Of a DNA stretch of 64,000 nt, positions 48,299-61,242 are shown in pieces (position 1 is the first letter of the stretch; every line of letters begins with the position of its first letter). Source of the stretch: Rhodosorus marinus CCMP1338. Its lineage: Eukaryota > Plantae > Rhodophyta. The translations under genes were made by a program, and so were the position numbers. The notes below the pieces were generated by a model. The model ran no database searches, had not been told where the DNA came from, and saw nothing but the letters and a program-made list of their open reading frames with translations. Location: NCBI GenBank assembly GCA_029953675.1, contig JAMWBK010000001.1, positions 3,658,001 through 3,722,000 of the forward strand, in the 5' to 3' direction.

Positions 48299-49392
48299 AT
48301 TTCCAAAACCACCTACCCAAACCACCACCACCCACAGTCTAGCAAGTCCTCAACTGTCCTCTCAACCGCACCATCTTCCAACAGCTTCGCACCTACTGCT
48401 TCATATCGTAACCTCCACAACGGTCCCCAAAGCCTTTACACAAACATATATATATAGTATTATTAGAGCGTATATAACATACATAATATCGCCTATAAAG
48501 TATATACGATAAACGTCGACAAACTATTCTACCAAACACACACACCCACACACCCCGGGGAAGGAATAAATCTGTAAGCCAACCAAAAGAAAACTAAGGC
48601 CCCTTATTTACTGACATCTTTCCAATCCAATACTGGTGGAAAAGTTCATTAATTCCTCAATAGGAAAATCTCTTGTGGAGAAACTCCCCCCCCCCCCCCG
48701 GCCCCCTGGAGAATTCCCAGCTTCTCTATGGCAGAACCCCTCCTGGTGATATTTGAATTCAATGTCGAAAAGTATCTGACGTCACAGTTACTTATTAACG
48801 ACAAATGTATTTTGATTGTTTTCAATCAGGATTGAGATTGGGATTGGGATTGGAATTGGGATTGGAATGGGGTGTGTGGGGGGGGTACTTGAGTCAGGTA
48901 TGGTATGGAGGGTGGAGCGTGTGAATTTAGAGGCTTCGGTGTTGCTTGTTTCTTCTTCGGTATCGCGGGTAGGCGTTTGCTACCCACCTAAGGCTGTGAA
49001 TTTATGTTACTGAAGAAGACCTTTTGAGCAGCGGGTTTTGGGGGGGTTGTAGGACGACTTGGGTTTTCCAGACAAACAATAATTTTGCTCTTGACAGACA
49101 TCGCGCTCGCTCAACTGGTTAGTCGACCCAGCAAACTTTATTTTGAGAAGACCCTGGTCAAGTCCTCAGTTTTCTTGTGCAGGATAGGTTTTTGATCTCC
49201 TAACAGTATTCAAGTCATCCCTCTTCTCCACAGGCCTGAGTGAGTATTCCATGACCAACCCAAGACCAGCAACCTCAGCATGGCCTAGTATCCTGGAATC
49301 CAGCTGAAGATTTTCGCGCGCGTGTTAAGTGGAAAATCCAAATTCAAGCAGATTCCCCCATTTTGATCTTTTGTTTTGTGGGAGGACCCACG

Positions 49393-50896
49393 TCAGCGTA
49401 TTCCCGCAGGGTTTTTAAGTTGACCGCGGCTCTTTGGCAATATTCGATTCTCGATCGATTTCTCATACCGAGAGATGACGTCCAAAACCGTATCAAGAAC
49501 GACCTCCGGCTTGTCCCACATCACCCAGTGGCTGCAATCCTCGATCAAAACAAACTTTGAATCCGATGAAAAGCTGTGGAACAACAAGCACAAGATCACA
49601 GACGTCATCGTTGGTGGTTAGAAACTATCAGCCCCAGCTCCAGCTCCAGCTACGTATTCAAGAGCAAACGTCCTCTCTGTGGCTTTGTGTTCGCTTACTT
49701 TGCTGCATTCTTCTGGGCTTGGGAGATCTTCTCAAGGGTTTCGGCAGCGATCAGCTTATAGTGGAGATAGAAGTCCGGCATAAGGACCGCAATCGGGATA
49801 TCGTCGAGGCAACCTTCGCTTTCATGGACGAACTTTTCAGTCACCTGATTCTCTACCAGACCATAACACTCCATACAGGATTCAAAGTCCATCTTGAAGC
49901 TGGAGAACCACTCCCATTTTGTTGTCGTCCGTACGAGTTCAGGAAGAAGCTCTCGAGCGTAAGCCCCTACCGTAGGCAGCTTACCCAGATAGGTCAGCAA
50001 CCGAAGGCCACCAACATGGCTCAGGAATTTTCCCAAGTACCCCGTTTTTGAGGCATTTTTCGTGGGCGGCATTTTCTCTGCCATTAACTCAGCTCCTCCG
50101 CTAGTCATGGCATCAATGTAGACTACTCCGGCCATTCTCGGTTTGTTTTTCACTGTGCAAAGCATACAAGATTCGGGAGAATGTGAGCTGGCACTTGCAA
50201 AGCTTTTTGCGAAGAGCGACACAGCCCGAAAACGTGCCCCGGTCAGTAACTGAGCGCTGGACTTCTCTTACGGGCGAAGTAGGTTGCTGAGACGCCAGCC
50301 AGGGAGTGTGCTACGAAGAGAATAGGCTGATCGATTTCGAGCAGCTTCAGAACCGTTTCCAGGTTATCTACGTGATCAACGATCCTGTTGGAACCATCAT
50401 TCACGTATGAGCTGTGGCCGTATCCATATCTGTCGAGTGCAAGCACATCCGTGACCTCCGCGAACTCTTCCAAGTGCATTCGGAAAACGAGCGACCAACA
50501 ACCCAGACCAGCATCGAGTATTAAAATCGGTCTGTCCTTCGATTCGGATTCTGATGTGCACTTTCTGTATACGTAGTGAACAGCACCTTTGCTAGTCTCC
50601 AAAAACTTTCCTGTAATACATACCCGGAGTTTCGGAAAGTAATTCGCTCGATGTCAGACTGGTGTGCCCCGTAATGCTGACTTGGCCCGGAAGACCATCA
50701 CAGCCGTGGAGCCGATATGCGTACCTGGCGGTTTGAATCTTTTCTCTTCCATGAATCTGATAAACGACTCGAAAAGACCAGCCAAAGCCAGCGATGATCC
50801 GATCGCCGAACCCGCTGCGAGAGCAATCTTCGCCGCTTTCGGCAAACTCTTCAATGTTGCAATCACTCCACCATCTTCGCCGACCTCACCACTCAT
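49393..50896 (-). CDS. Alpha/beta-hydrolase fold protein with N-terminal membrane anchor, multi-exon
   Basis: ILILDAGLG...LALDRYGYGHS, nucleophile elbow FVAHSLAG, C-terminal CSHWVMWDKPE (catalytic His). Confidence 0.85.
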
Positions 50897-52530
50897 TTTG
50901 CTGTTCTTCTACCCCCTCAAAGGGAAGCAAACATCGCCTTGTACAGATCACAGTCCTCACAGAGCGCTGCTAACCCCTATTCTATTTTCTTCTTCAAAAT
51001 TGCCAGTCACGTTAACCGTCGCTGCTCCAGATTTTATCATCCACTCCCCCAGAGGTAGGTCTTCCGCGCCCGACTCCTAGCACACACCAGCGTTCCAAAG
51101 GCGAAGTTTTCATACATATCTGCCCGTTGTTTGCACATGGCACTAACCTGGGCAACAGGGTTAGGGCTAGTGGTGTTGCGCATTCGCATATATATTAGCT
51201 CTAGTGTTGTTGTGACTAGGATTGTCCGATCGGTAGGCAAATAAAAACAAAGACCGGCCGAATCAGTAAAACGAGGAATTTGACCCAACAATTTCGAGGG
51301 TTCGATTTGTATTTTATTCTCAAAATCCCGTTGCCTAGGCTCATCGAGCCTGAGTGCAGTTGTCTTTTCTATATCGAAGAAAACGTCACCCTTGTAGCAG
51401 GCTGGAGCCATTTTGTATCCTCCGGGCGAGGCAGATCTTCTGGCACTGGCCAATAAACCACTGCTTAATACTAGCATCCGCAGAGCGGTTGCCCTGGCGT
51501 GGAGAACTGCCAAAACACAATGGGGGAGGTAGGAAGAGCCCCCTCTTCGGGCAGTCGAAACTCGGAACGCCATCTTTTATCCCAAGCGTCCGAATAAAAT
51601 TTCTGTGAAAATCCTGCTAGTGACATAATACCCGAACACCTCTCAGGCAACTTAACCTTTTGAGAGCTATTTGCAGTACGTTCCGCTAATTGCAGCGTCT
51701 TCTAACACTTAGCTTATCTGCAACCTCTAGAGCAACCGAGATTACAGCAATTAATGTCAACAAGGGTTTCCAAACCAAACGACCGTTTCTCCTGTTTAAT
51801 GTTCCTCCAATATTTGCCGTCATCTTCGCAATGGCGCTGGCAACCAGGTGCTGCAAACTCCCCGCTAACTCCTGCTTCCTATTGCTCGGAAGGATACTAT
51901 CAGGAAGTAGAAGGTTTTCTGAGCAAGTCTTCTATTTTGTGACCGAGGAACGGCTTAATGGCTCTTCAACCATGCGAACAACTGCACCTTCAGGTTGGGG
52001 GACCAGAGGAGGCCCCACGCTACTGTTGATGCTGACCACAAATGATGATGCTTGGCTCACTTTGGGTATGTTAGAATCCCTTCCGCGGAATTCTCCTCAT
52101 CAGTAACTGAAGAAGTTACTAAGGGTTCTTCAACCACGTCAACAACGTCCTGCTTCGTCGCTGAGTCAGAACTTGCCAACTTGTTCTAATCGCTGCCACG
52201 AGCGACGACGAAGTGGCTTTCCATCTTGCGACCTAAACCCTGCGCCACGAGTCTAGCCTTGAAGAACTCCTCTTTTCCGGCATTTCGTGAAGAATAGATG
52301 TCGAGCCTAGCATTGCGCTGTACACAGCTCGACATAATGGCAGTATTGGAAAACACGACGTTTCGTTCACTCTTTCAAGTCTGTTTTTACCTGTTTGCTA
52401 CATTTAGTTCCATGTTCCAGACGCTGATGTCCCAAGCCAAGATGAACCTGACCGGTACTTTCAATTCACCAGCATTTATCCAATGAATAAATCCCCGAGG
52501 AAACGAGCTGGCATCGCGGTATTTGTGACG

Positions 52531-52815
52531 TAGAAGAGGGTGGAAAAAGACTGAACAAAGCACGCTGTCATGTACAACATACCTCTTCATTCACAGATGT
52601 TCTGGTACACCCCCGGTTTGAAGGGATGCAGGCGCATGTCAGATCCTGTGCGTGCGGACCCCATCCCCCCCACCAACACCCCTCAACTCTGTACAGGAAG
52701 AGGGCTGGGGAGTGGCGGCATTTCAACAAAGTTGCAGCTTATATAGAAGACGGCGGAAAAAGAGTGAAGAAAGCACGCTGTCATGTAGAACATGCCTCTT
52801 CATTCACATATGTTG
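52531..52815. repeat. Diverged direct repeat, 213-bp period
   Basis: TAGAAGA.GG.GGAAAAAGA.TGAA.AAAGCACGCTGTCATGTA.AACAT.CCTCTTCATTCACA.ATGTT at 52531 and 52744. Confidence 0.8.
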
Positions 52816-53259
52816 AGGTACAGGAGCAGGATCTGACATGAACCTGCATCCATCATCCATATTCTAATTGTCTATGTACCATCTACCCACAGATAGTGAT
52901 TGACTCAAAATCAAATTCTAGTCATATTGACTGAACTCATGGTCGGTCCTCACGTAATTCTTGCAAGGTTTCCACCAGATTTGGGCACCTACCACCACCA
53001 CCAATTCCAGGGCAGGAATCGAGCAAATTTGAACAAGGAATGAGAACCCCTCCAGTGGTAGAAAGACGAAAGGTATTTGTGTAGGTCGTACCCTCAATTC
53101 CGTTACAGAATCGAGGTATTTGTTTCAACTTAAAAATCCTCGATTCCGCTAGGCAGAATAGGGATTTTGGATACACTGCGATTTTGATACCAAAACGTTG
53201 GTATTCTTGAAAAACTCGTAAAAAAGAAGAAAATAAAGTATTTGTGCGACAAGGTTAAA

Positions 53260-53727
53260 TATATATACCATTCAGCATATGGAACATACTGGAATTAAAT
53301 GGAGGAAACAGATAAAAATAGAGTTTCATAGCGATGAATTAATAACATTACTAAAAGAATTTATATATTATTCAGCATATGGACCATGGAGTTAGGTAAA
53401 CGAAAGATATGATCGAAATGGACTGTGTAGAACAGCAGAGTTGCAAAGACATGCGCGCTGCCGTGAAGGTTCTTTCCTCGGGAGGGCCTAACAAGCTTCT
53501 TGACATCAAACCGTGACAATCATATCAGGCAAAAACATGTGGTAGTATTGCTAGAGAATGTTATATATCATTCAGCATGATGAGAAAAAGTTTGCGCTGG
53601 GAAGGTCCTTTCCTCGAGAGGCCCTAGCAAGCTTCTTGACATCAAAACGATAAACAATCACATCAGGCAAAACATGTGGGGTGGTGTTACTAGAGATGTG
53701 TATGTATATCATTCAGGATTGTGGAAC
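53260..53727. repeat. Degenerate tandem array upstream of the P450 gene
   Basis: ATAT(C/A/T)ATTCAG(C/G)AT recurs at about 53268, 53368, 53568 and 53708. A 136-bp-period duplication starts at 53465 and 53601. Confidence 0.75.
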
Positions 53728-54081
53728 AAGGAATATACATATATATGTGCCCTGAGACGTCAGTAGAGCTTTTTTTTGCAAAGGCATAACCCTGAACTGA
53801 ACGCTGAACTGTTGATGAGTTTTAGTTTTCCTCGGCTTCTTTTTCCAGTTTGTAATTGATGGAGGAGGAAAGAAATATGGCTAAAAGAGTTGGAAAAAGT
53901 TTTTCGAAAACAGCATATATCTTGGGATGTGGTTGGAAGTTGGGGAGTACTGTTGGATTTAATGTGAAGCGCACTTGGGGCTTGCGGAGGAGGACATTGT
54001 TGTTGGGGGAGAGGGGAGGAGTGGGTTGGAAAGGATGGTATTGGACGTACGAGAGAATCCTTTTTTTGGGGTAAAGAAATC

Positions 54082-56066
54082 ATGGAAGGGGTTAGTGTGG
54101 GGTTACTAGCACTTGGTGCGATAATTGCATTGATTGTAAAGGTGTTTGTCCTGCCCAAGTTGTGGTATGCGGATTTCCCGGGTCCAAAGCCGGAGTCGTA
54201 TCTGTTCGGCAACACTGAATTCGCAGAGGCGAGCAATCACGTGATCCAGCTGCAAGAAAAATGGATGAGGGAGCATGGAAAGACGTATCAGAGCTGGATC
54301 TGTCATCGGAGATTGGTATGAAAATCTCTTCGCCATAAAACCTCTTCATCCCAGCGCATGACGCAAACATCTGTTCCTATTGGCCTGACGTGCTTGTAAT
54401 ACGTGGCTTTCTGATCTGACAGATTGTGACTGTCGATGTGGAGAATGTTCGGTTCTGCCTGTTAAAAAAGAAACTGCGGAAATCAGACGCTGCGTACCAA
54501 AATATCAAGGTGGTTTTCGGCAGTGGACTCCTTGTCCAGCCCGATCCGGCACATCGTATAAATCGTCGCGCACTCTCGAAGGTATTTCACGGAGAGTTCG
54601 TCCCGAACTTCCACAAGGCCATTATTGAAGAACTCGAAATCCTCTGCAGCCGCTTGGACGCCGCTGCAGAGAACGGGGAGGTATTCGAGCCGGAGGCCAT
54701 CATTAGCAATATGGTAGGGGATGCTACTGGGAGGTCTCTCTTCGGACAATCCTATGGATACCAGAGCGGGGAGCATGCCCTAGTGAAGGATTTGATTGAA
54801 ATAGCCAACGAGGAGGCATGGTGGGAAATCTGATTGTCCTCAGAAACTTTCTTCGTGCTTTTGAAGAAGACTTCTGAGGGGTCCATGGGTTCGTTTTTTT
54901 TGTCAGGAAATTTATTTTATACCCGATTAGCAAGTTGCTGCGCCCATCAAAGCAAAAGCGTGAGATTTTGGTTGAGTATAAGAGGAGAAATCAGGCTCTC
55001 CTTGATGAGCGTCGACGAGAACATGAGGAGCAGCAAACACCCAAGTCCAATCCGGATCTCCTCGACGCCCTCATAGAAAGTGGGCGTCCTGATCGTGAAA
55101 TCCTGGGCGAAATCGGCATCTTTCAGTTCGCGGCGTTGGACAGTAAGTGACTGCACTTACTTTTGTGGCTTGCTCTTCGGAATTCCGCTTCCTAGTTCTT
55201 TTCCTGTACGGAAATGCCACTGACAGTTTCGATTTCCCGTTCTTTGCGAACCCGGTTTTTTTCGTCCGTCGGAAACTTAGCAACCTCACGCGCGATCTCA
55301 GCGGCTCTCTTCGAGCTTTCAGGGTCCCAAGACGCGACGTTGAGTCTGCAAAAGGAAGCGGACGAGTTGATAAACGATTCGGACCTAATCGTTGGTTTTG
55401 ACAAGGTCGACGAGTCGCCGTTTAGCCGCGCAGTATGGATGGTGGGTGAAGTGAAATTGCTCGCAACACCGTTCTCTCATCCCATCGTTGAGACCCCAAA
55501 CCTCATCATCGAGACTTCCAATTTTTGTTTTTGCAGGAAACACTGCGGATGCATAGCCCAGCCGGTCACGGCAGCTATCGGACCACTGACGAGGATCTGA
55601 CTCTTCCAAGTGGGCACTTTGTGCCGAAGAACTCCGACATTTGCTTTCCTATGCATTTGATCCACTACGACGAAGACCTTTGGGAGCAACCAAGGAGCTT
55701 CAAGCCCGATAGGTACGGCGCTCAAGCTGCCCTCGGGTCTACGAGTTTATGTCCTCCGCTATTCGGAATTCTCTTCAAACGTTAGTGAGAAAATTTCTCC
55801 TCCTTATGAACAGGTTTTTGCACCCAAGCTCAGGCCGAAGACCGCTGACCGGATATCAACCGTTCAGTCAAGGCGAGCGAAACTGTATTGGACAGTTTCT
55901 AGCAAACCACGTTGGCAGGGTTACACTGCTTACGTTGCACCACCGGTATGAATGGAAGCTCTTTGGAGACCGGGCCAAGTTCGGCGATTTTGGAGATTTT
56001 GGTCTCAGACTGGCAACCGAAGATGGGTTGGAAAGTCCTCGTATGACCATCTCACGACGTCATTGA
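54082..56066 (+). CDS. Cytochrome P450, multi-exon
   Basis: N-terminal TM anchor and FPGPKP hinge; I-helix FAALDTT (across an intron); K-helix ETLR; FKPDR; heme motif FSQGERNCIG. Confidence 0.95.
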
Positions 56067-56617
56067 ACCGAACCACTGTTACTCATGACGATAAGAGGAG
56101 GATGCGAGCTTCTCTGATGCTAGCGCGGTGCAGTTCAATGCCCTGTTCAGCCGGTGTTCCGGGGGCGTGACCAAGCACTCGAGTTTCGGGCAAATAATCC
56201 ATGTCAGGAGCTCCGGGTAGCTTCTTCACGAGTGTCCTTTCGTTTTGAGATATGAGGACTGTGTGTGTGTGTGTGTGTGTACATTCTGGCCTTGGCGAGG
56301 TCCCTCCAGTCTTCATGCAGAGTATATTTTCCACACAGGAGTGACCAGTCCACAAAAAAAACAAAGCCCTACGCGGCATCTATATCCGGGATATGGAGGG
56401 TTGAATAGCCCTAAGTTAGTCTTTTGCAGATGAAGTTGTTCGAAAACAGAAATTCTGTTGTTGTTTTCTTTTCTTAATTACAAAAACCATGTGCTGCCTA
56501 TTATTCTAAACTACGATGTGTTTTCTGTGCAAGGGTCGGCGTCCAACCCTAGCGAGCGGATTGAGGTTGGACCCTAATCAGTGAAGGGACATTCGCTTGG
56601 ACTCCGGGGCCCAATAC

Positions 56618-56787
56618 GGCGCTTGCGGCCGTATACCATACCCCTACCGAACTTCTCCAGGGGTCCGTCCTCCACACGGTCGAAAGCGATGGTCTGGCGC
56701 TTGCGGCCGTTTTGGGCAATGCATATGATGTACCCCTCCCGAACTTCTCCAGGGGTCCGCCCCCTCACACGGTTGAAAGCGATGGTC
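56618..56787. repeat. Two-unit tandem repeat (78 and 92 bp)
   Basis: GGCGCTTGCGGCCGT...CCGAACTTCTCCAGGGGTCCG...CACACGGT.GAAAGCGATGGTC occurs twice. Confidence 0.85.
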
Positions 56788-57264
56788 GCCACTACCGATC
56801 CTTGGCTATGTTCGAGTTGTGCCTCGCAATATCTTGATCGCTGGGTGCCTTGTCAAGAGGTCTGTACAAGACTCAAAATTAGTCAGCAAGAAATCCGCGT
56901 TCCTCTTGTGGGTATCTGCAGATGAAAAGTATAAAACGAAACGCTTCTCCCTGAACCGTTGTCGCTCCCAACCTTCAGCAGGCCAAGTTAGTTCTCGATG
57001 GGCATAATTTGGGTTCCTGTGAAGTTATGGCACAGGTTTAGGATTTGTATGAATACAAAAAGAATTTTAATTGGATTCTATGGCCAGCGAAAATTTTGTT
57101 TTTTGGAAACAATTTGATGAGCTGGTCTTGAAAGTACGATGGACAATTAAAGGGCTACTTTCGTCTCGGATCTTCGAGGTCAGCGTGGGCTTGAGGTTGT
57201 GGATGGAAGCGATGCTGGTCTTGATGAAACTGAATGATTTCTGATTAACTGGAAAGGATTTGAG

Positions 57265-59021
57265 ATGTCAGAAGCACCAACGGATCTTTCGACCAAGTCA
57301 GAAAGATCCTCAGGTAAGAGAGGAAAAGGAGGTGGCGGAGGTGGTAGCGGTCAAAGTCGACATCAGGGAAAGGCGACTGGGCGTGCAAGAGTACAGTTTG
57401 ACGACCCATCTCGAGTGGCCAGGGCTGCAAAAGCTCAGATTACGAGCAGAAGCATTCAACAGAGCGATGTTCCTTTTCTACAGCATCTTCCTCAGTATGA
57501 GGGAAACACATCGATCTCCAGAGGTAAGAAGTGATGCTTGATGGTTGAGTTGGAACGGATTCTTCAGCTAGGAATCCTTACTTGGATACTTCGACGGTAG
57601 GCTCGGGCTTCGGAACGGGCCAAGTTCACCCGGCAATACAGGCGCTCGGAGTAAAGTATGCTCAGGGAGTAATCACCGGTGGGCATTCCAGATGTCTCGC
57701 TTTTGTGAATGCGATGGAGGAAGTCTTTGGGGATTTCGTCATGACGGTAGGTGCTACGTCACCTGAGACTGATTCATTCAGTTTCGACTACCCCTAGAAG
57801 CAGAAGTACGAATCCTGCGAAGAAAATCATTCTCAGCACCCAGGACTCCGCCGTTTTTTGTTTCCCCCGAGCAGGACATGAACAACGCTCAACAGATCCA
57901 TCGAGAATCGAGCAAACTGCTGAATCGCTGTGTACAGTTTGTTGTCGAGTGCCGACCGTTGTCAGTGTCAATGGGAAACTTTGTTCGATACCTCAAGGAG
58001 CAGATCGCGCATCTTCCACTCGTCCTGTCATTACCGGAGGTGACGAAAAAAATCAAATAACCTCCACGAAAAAATCTCCGTCATCAGCAGGTAGTGTTAA
58101 CCAGCATCGCGATCTGAAACACGCGTTCATCAGGCAAGGAAGCTGATCCTCGAAGCGATCGATTTGTTCAGGGAGAAGCGATTGCTTCTCCCTGTGAACG
58201 AGATCGCGGATATTGGTAGCAAGCTCATTGGACGAGGAGAAAAGATCGTTGTCTATGCATATTCCGAAGTGGTTCTCAACCTGTTGAAGCAGTACGTCTC
58301 TTAGATCGCGCTCTCCTCCATGCCACAATCAGAAACTCTTTTCTGACCTTGCGGGTGATTCCTATGCGGACGACCAAAACACCATACTTCTCAGGGCTAG
58401 GACCATGGGGACCGACTTCCTCGTGATCGTAATCGACTCGAGACCTCTATACGAAGGCCGAAGGATGGCAAAGGCATTAGATGAAGCTGGAATCAACACT
58501 GACTATGGCCTTTTGAATGGCGCGAGTTATTTGATTCACTCCGCGACCAAGGTGAGCAAGTGTCACCAGGAATTGTTGGAAACGCTCTGTTCGGCGACTG
58601 AAATCTTGGGGGGGGGAATTCACAGGTGATTCTTGGAGCGCATTCGATCATGGCGGACGGATCTGTGACATCTAGGATCGGCACTGCTTCAGTGGCGCTG
58701 TTGGCAAAATCCTTGCATGTGCCGATCCTTGTCGCGTGCGAGGCGGTCAAGTTCTCGGATAGGGTTCAGCTGGACTCCATCGCCTTCAATGAGCTTGGAG
58801 ATCCTCTTCAACTTCTCCCAAGTGCCTGTGAGCGATCTGCCGACGCTTCTCTTTCGGAATTGCGAGACAAACTCCCCTCCAACCTCCGAATGATCAACAT
58901 GCTGTACGATGTGACACCTGCCGCATACATTCAAGCGGCAATATGTGAAGTCGGCGTTATTCCGACAACCTCGGCCTTGGTCATATATCACGAGATGAGC
59001 GACTATACAACTAGTTATTGA
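57265..59021 (+). CDS. EIF2B4: Translation initiation factor eIF2B subunit delta, multi-exon
   Basis: RVQFDDP...VPFLQHLPQY, VHPAIQALG..YAQGVITGG..RC, CRPLSVSMGN, DSRPLYEG, GAHSIMADGSV.SRIGT, CEAVKFSDRVQLDSIAFNELGDP, YDVTP. Confidence 0.92.
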
Positions 59022-59749
59022 ACTGATTATCATGGTACTACTTTCCCGTATTGCCTATTGGCGCGGCGCTGGTGCACAAGAGAAGCAACCTGTACAAAGT
59101 AGGCATTCTTTTGGTACTCGCTCGGGTTATTGTGCTTTTCGTTCCTGTTTGGAGGAGAGACGACAAGCTCTAACGCAACAATAAAAAGGGCGGTCAAAAG
59201 GAAGCACAAGCCACACTCCTATTCGCGTCCCAAGTTGTAGTTTCAGCCTCCCTCATTGTATCTTTTCGAGCCGCGCTGCTACGTTGTTGACCCCCTTGAA
59301 ACGTGATGGTACCCGATTTCTCCAAGCGGCAGTCAGCATCACCAGAATTCATATATGAAGGTTGGACTGAAGACCTAGCTTCTTTCCCGGCTTCCTGTCT
59401 CCATCGGTAACCTCAATCGAGACGATAATCAGCAAATCAACCAGAGGCGTACTCAACAGTGGTCGCCTTAGCTCGGCTCCACGCCCAGCAGCCCACTATC
59501 TAGTAGTTGTGGGATCTCGACGACCCTCAGTGCTTGAAATGTTGTGCTAGGAAAAGCCTTTATCCTCTTTGAGGGATGTTGAACATGTCGACGAGAACCA
59601 GCAAATGCCGCCAAGCCACAGAATGGAGTTCCGCATGTCACGAGGTCGCACAGTGCCTCTGGGTGAGGACAATAGGAGGCAACAATGTGCACAGCGGCGT
59701 GAAACTTTGGCGTTCTGAAAGGTGTTCGAAAGGCTGGTGGTCCCCATGC

Positions 59750-60505
59750 TCAGGGGATTTCAAAGTTTTCAGCGGTCATGGGCGAAATCTGGTTTGAAGT
59801 GGGTGCCGGGCCTGCATAATTGCCCATTCCTTCTCCGGTTTTGATTGCAAGGTCGACTTCTTTCCGCTTGCTTTCATCGGATAAGAGTTCGTATGCCTCG
59901 GAGGCCATTCGGAATTGTTCCTCCGCGAGATGCTTCGGAAGCCTGGTCATATCCGGGTGCAGCTCTCGGGCAAGTTTTCGGAAAGCCTGTTGTTTTCGGG
60001 AAGAGAATTGTGCATAGCCGTCAGGCCCAGGTCTGTGTACGGGTGTGTGTGCTAAAGAATATCATACCCGCTTAATAGCGTCCAGACCAGCATCCTGGTC
60101 TACCCCAAGTACGTGATAGGGATTCCATCTCAAAAAGTATTCTGCCTTTTCCATCTTCTCCTTCCACTGCTTCCTATATCCTTCCCATTCAAAGGCCCCA
60201 CCTCTCCACGCCGTCGGGTCCATTTCCAAATCATCAGGTTTATCCCAAGAATACATCGAAAATCTAGAGTGATACCTGTTACTCGCAAAACCGCCATCCC
60301 CTTGTTCCTCACGCCGTTCCTCTTGAAGTCCAAACCGACGCTTTTTCTTTTCACCTTTCCTCGCCGCCTCGGCTTCCTGAACAAACTTGGAATATAAATC
60401 GCCCAGCGGCGGCTCACTCGCCATCAAGCACAAGCTTCTACATCCCCTCCTTCTCAAGTCGTACCCAAATCCCTTTACACATCCAGAAACAAATCCAATC
60501 TCCAT
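59750..60505 (-). CDS. DnaJ (J-domain) protein, probably plastid-targeted, one intron
   Basis: NPYHVLGVDQDA...IKR|AFRKLARELHPD...EEQFRMASEAYELLSDESKRKEVD. N-terminus MEIGFVSG..LRRRGCRSLCLM. Confidence 0.88.
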
Positions 60506-61242
60506 TTTCAATTGAGAGAAAACCACTCGAACCTCACCCCAAATCTCTCTCAACTCAATCACTCCCTCACTAAGCTAAGAGCTTCTCAGACTTGACTTTT
60601 ACACCCAGTCAAGTTATCTCCAATGCAGTTCCTTCTTCGCCATTGCCGTTGCGAACTGGAAACACAATTCATGTGAATTGGTATTACCCACCATCCTCCA
60701 TTGAGCCGTTGTCGCTAAGCTTCATTGGGATCTGATCTCTGTGCGAAGACCTTTTAGGAGATTAGGTACATATGAGCAAAAAGTATGCACGCTCTACTGG
60801 ATGAAACTAGGACGACGCCGGTCAAGTCTGCTGGTAGGAGACTTTTTCAAAGCTTTACTTTGATTTTCAAAACTCGGGAAGACGCAGTGCACGGAGGTTA
60901 CTGTTTACCTGAATCTGGGCGCTTCCAAATGTAGCAACTCATTGGCAGGTGGGCGAATATATATATATATTCTTGTTTTCAGAACGGAGAGACTTTGCAT
61001 GTTCCAATGCTTCCCTTTCCAATTCCCAAGCTGGTGAATTGCTCCATGAATCCTCTTACACATAGCTGAACAAGAACTTGACTGGCGGCGACTTAGTCAG
61101 CAAAGGTGGAGAACGAGAAGAACAACACCAGATATCAAGTCGATGGAAGCACTGAGGAGGTGTTGAGAGCTCCAGACGTGCAGGTTGTGTACCCTATGCT
61201 TCGATACAAAGCTGAGCAATCTGTTCATAGACAATTATCCAT

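Noticed and set aside
44512-56066. Sulfotransferase, hydrolase and P450 as a biosynthetic gene cluster
   Set aside because: The sulfotransferase is a Golgi glycan type, there is no scaffold-forming enzyme, and housekeeping genes are interspersed.
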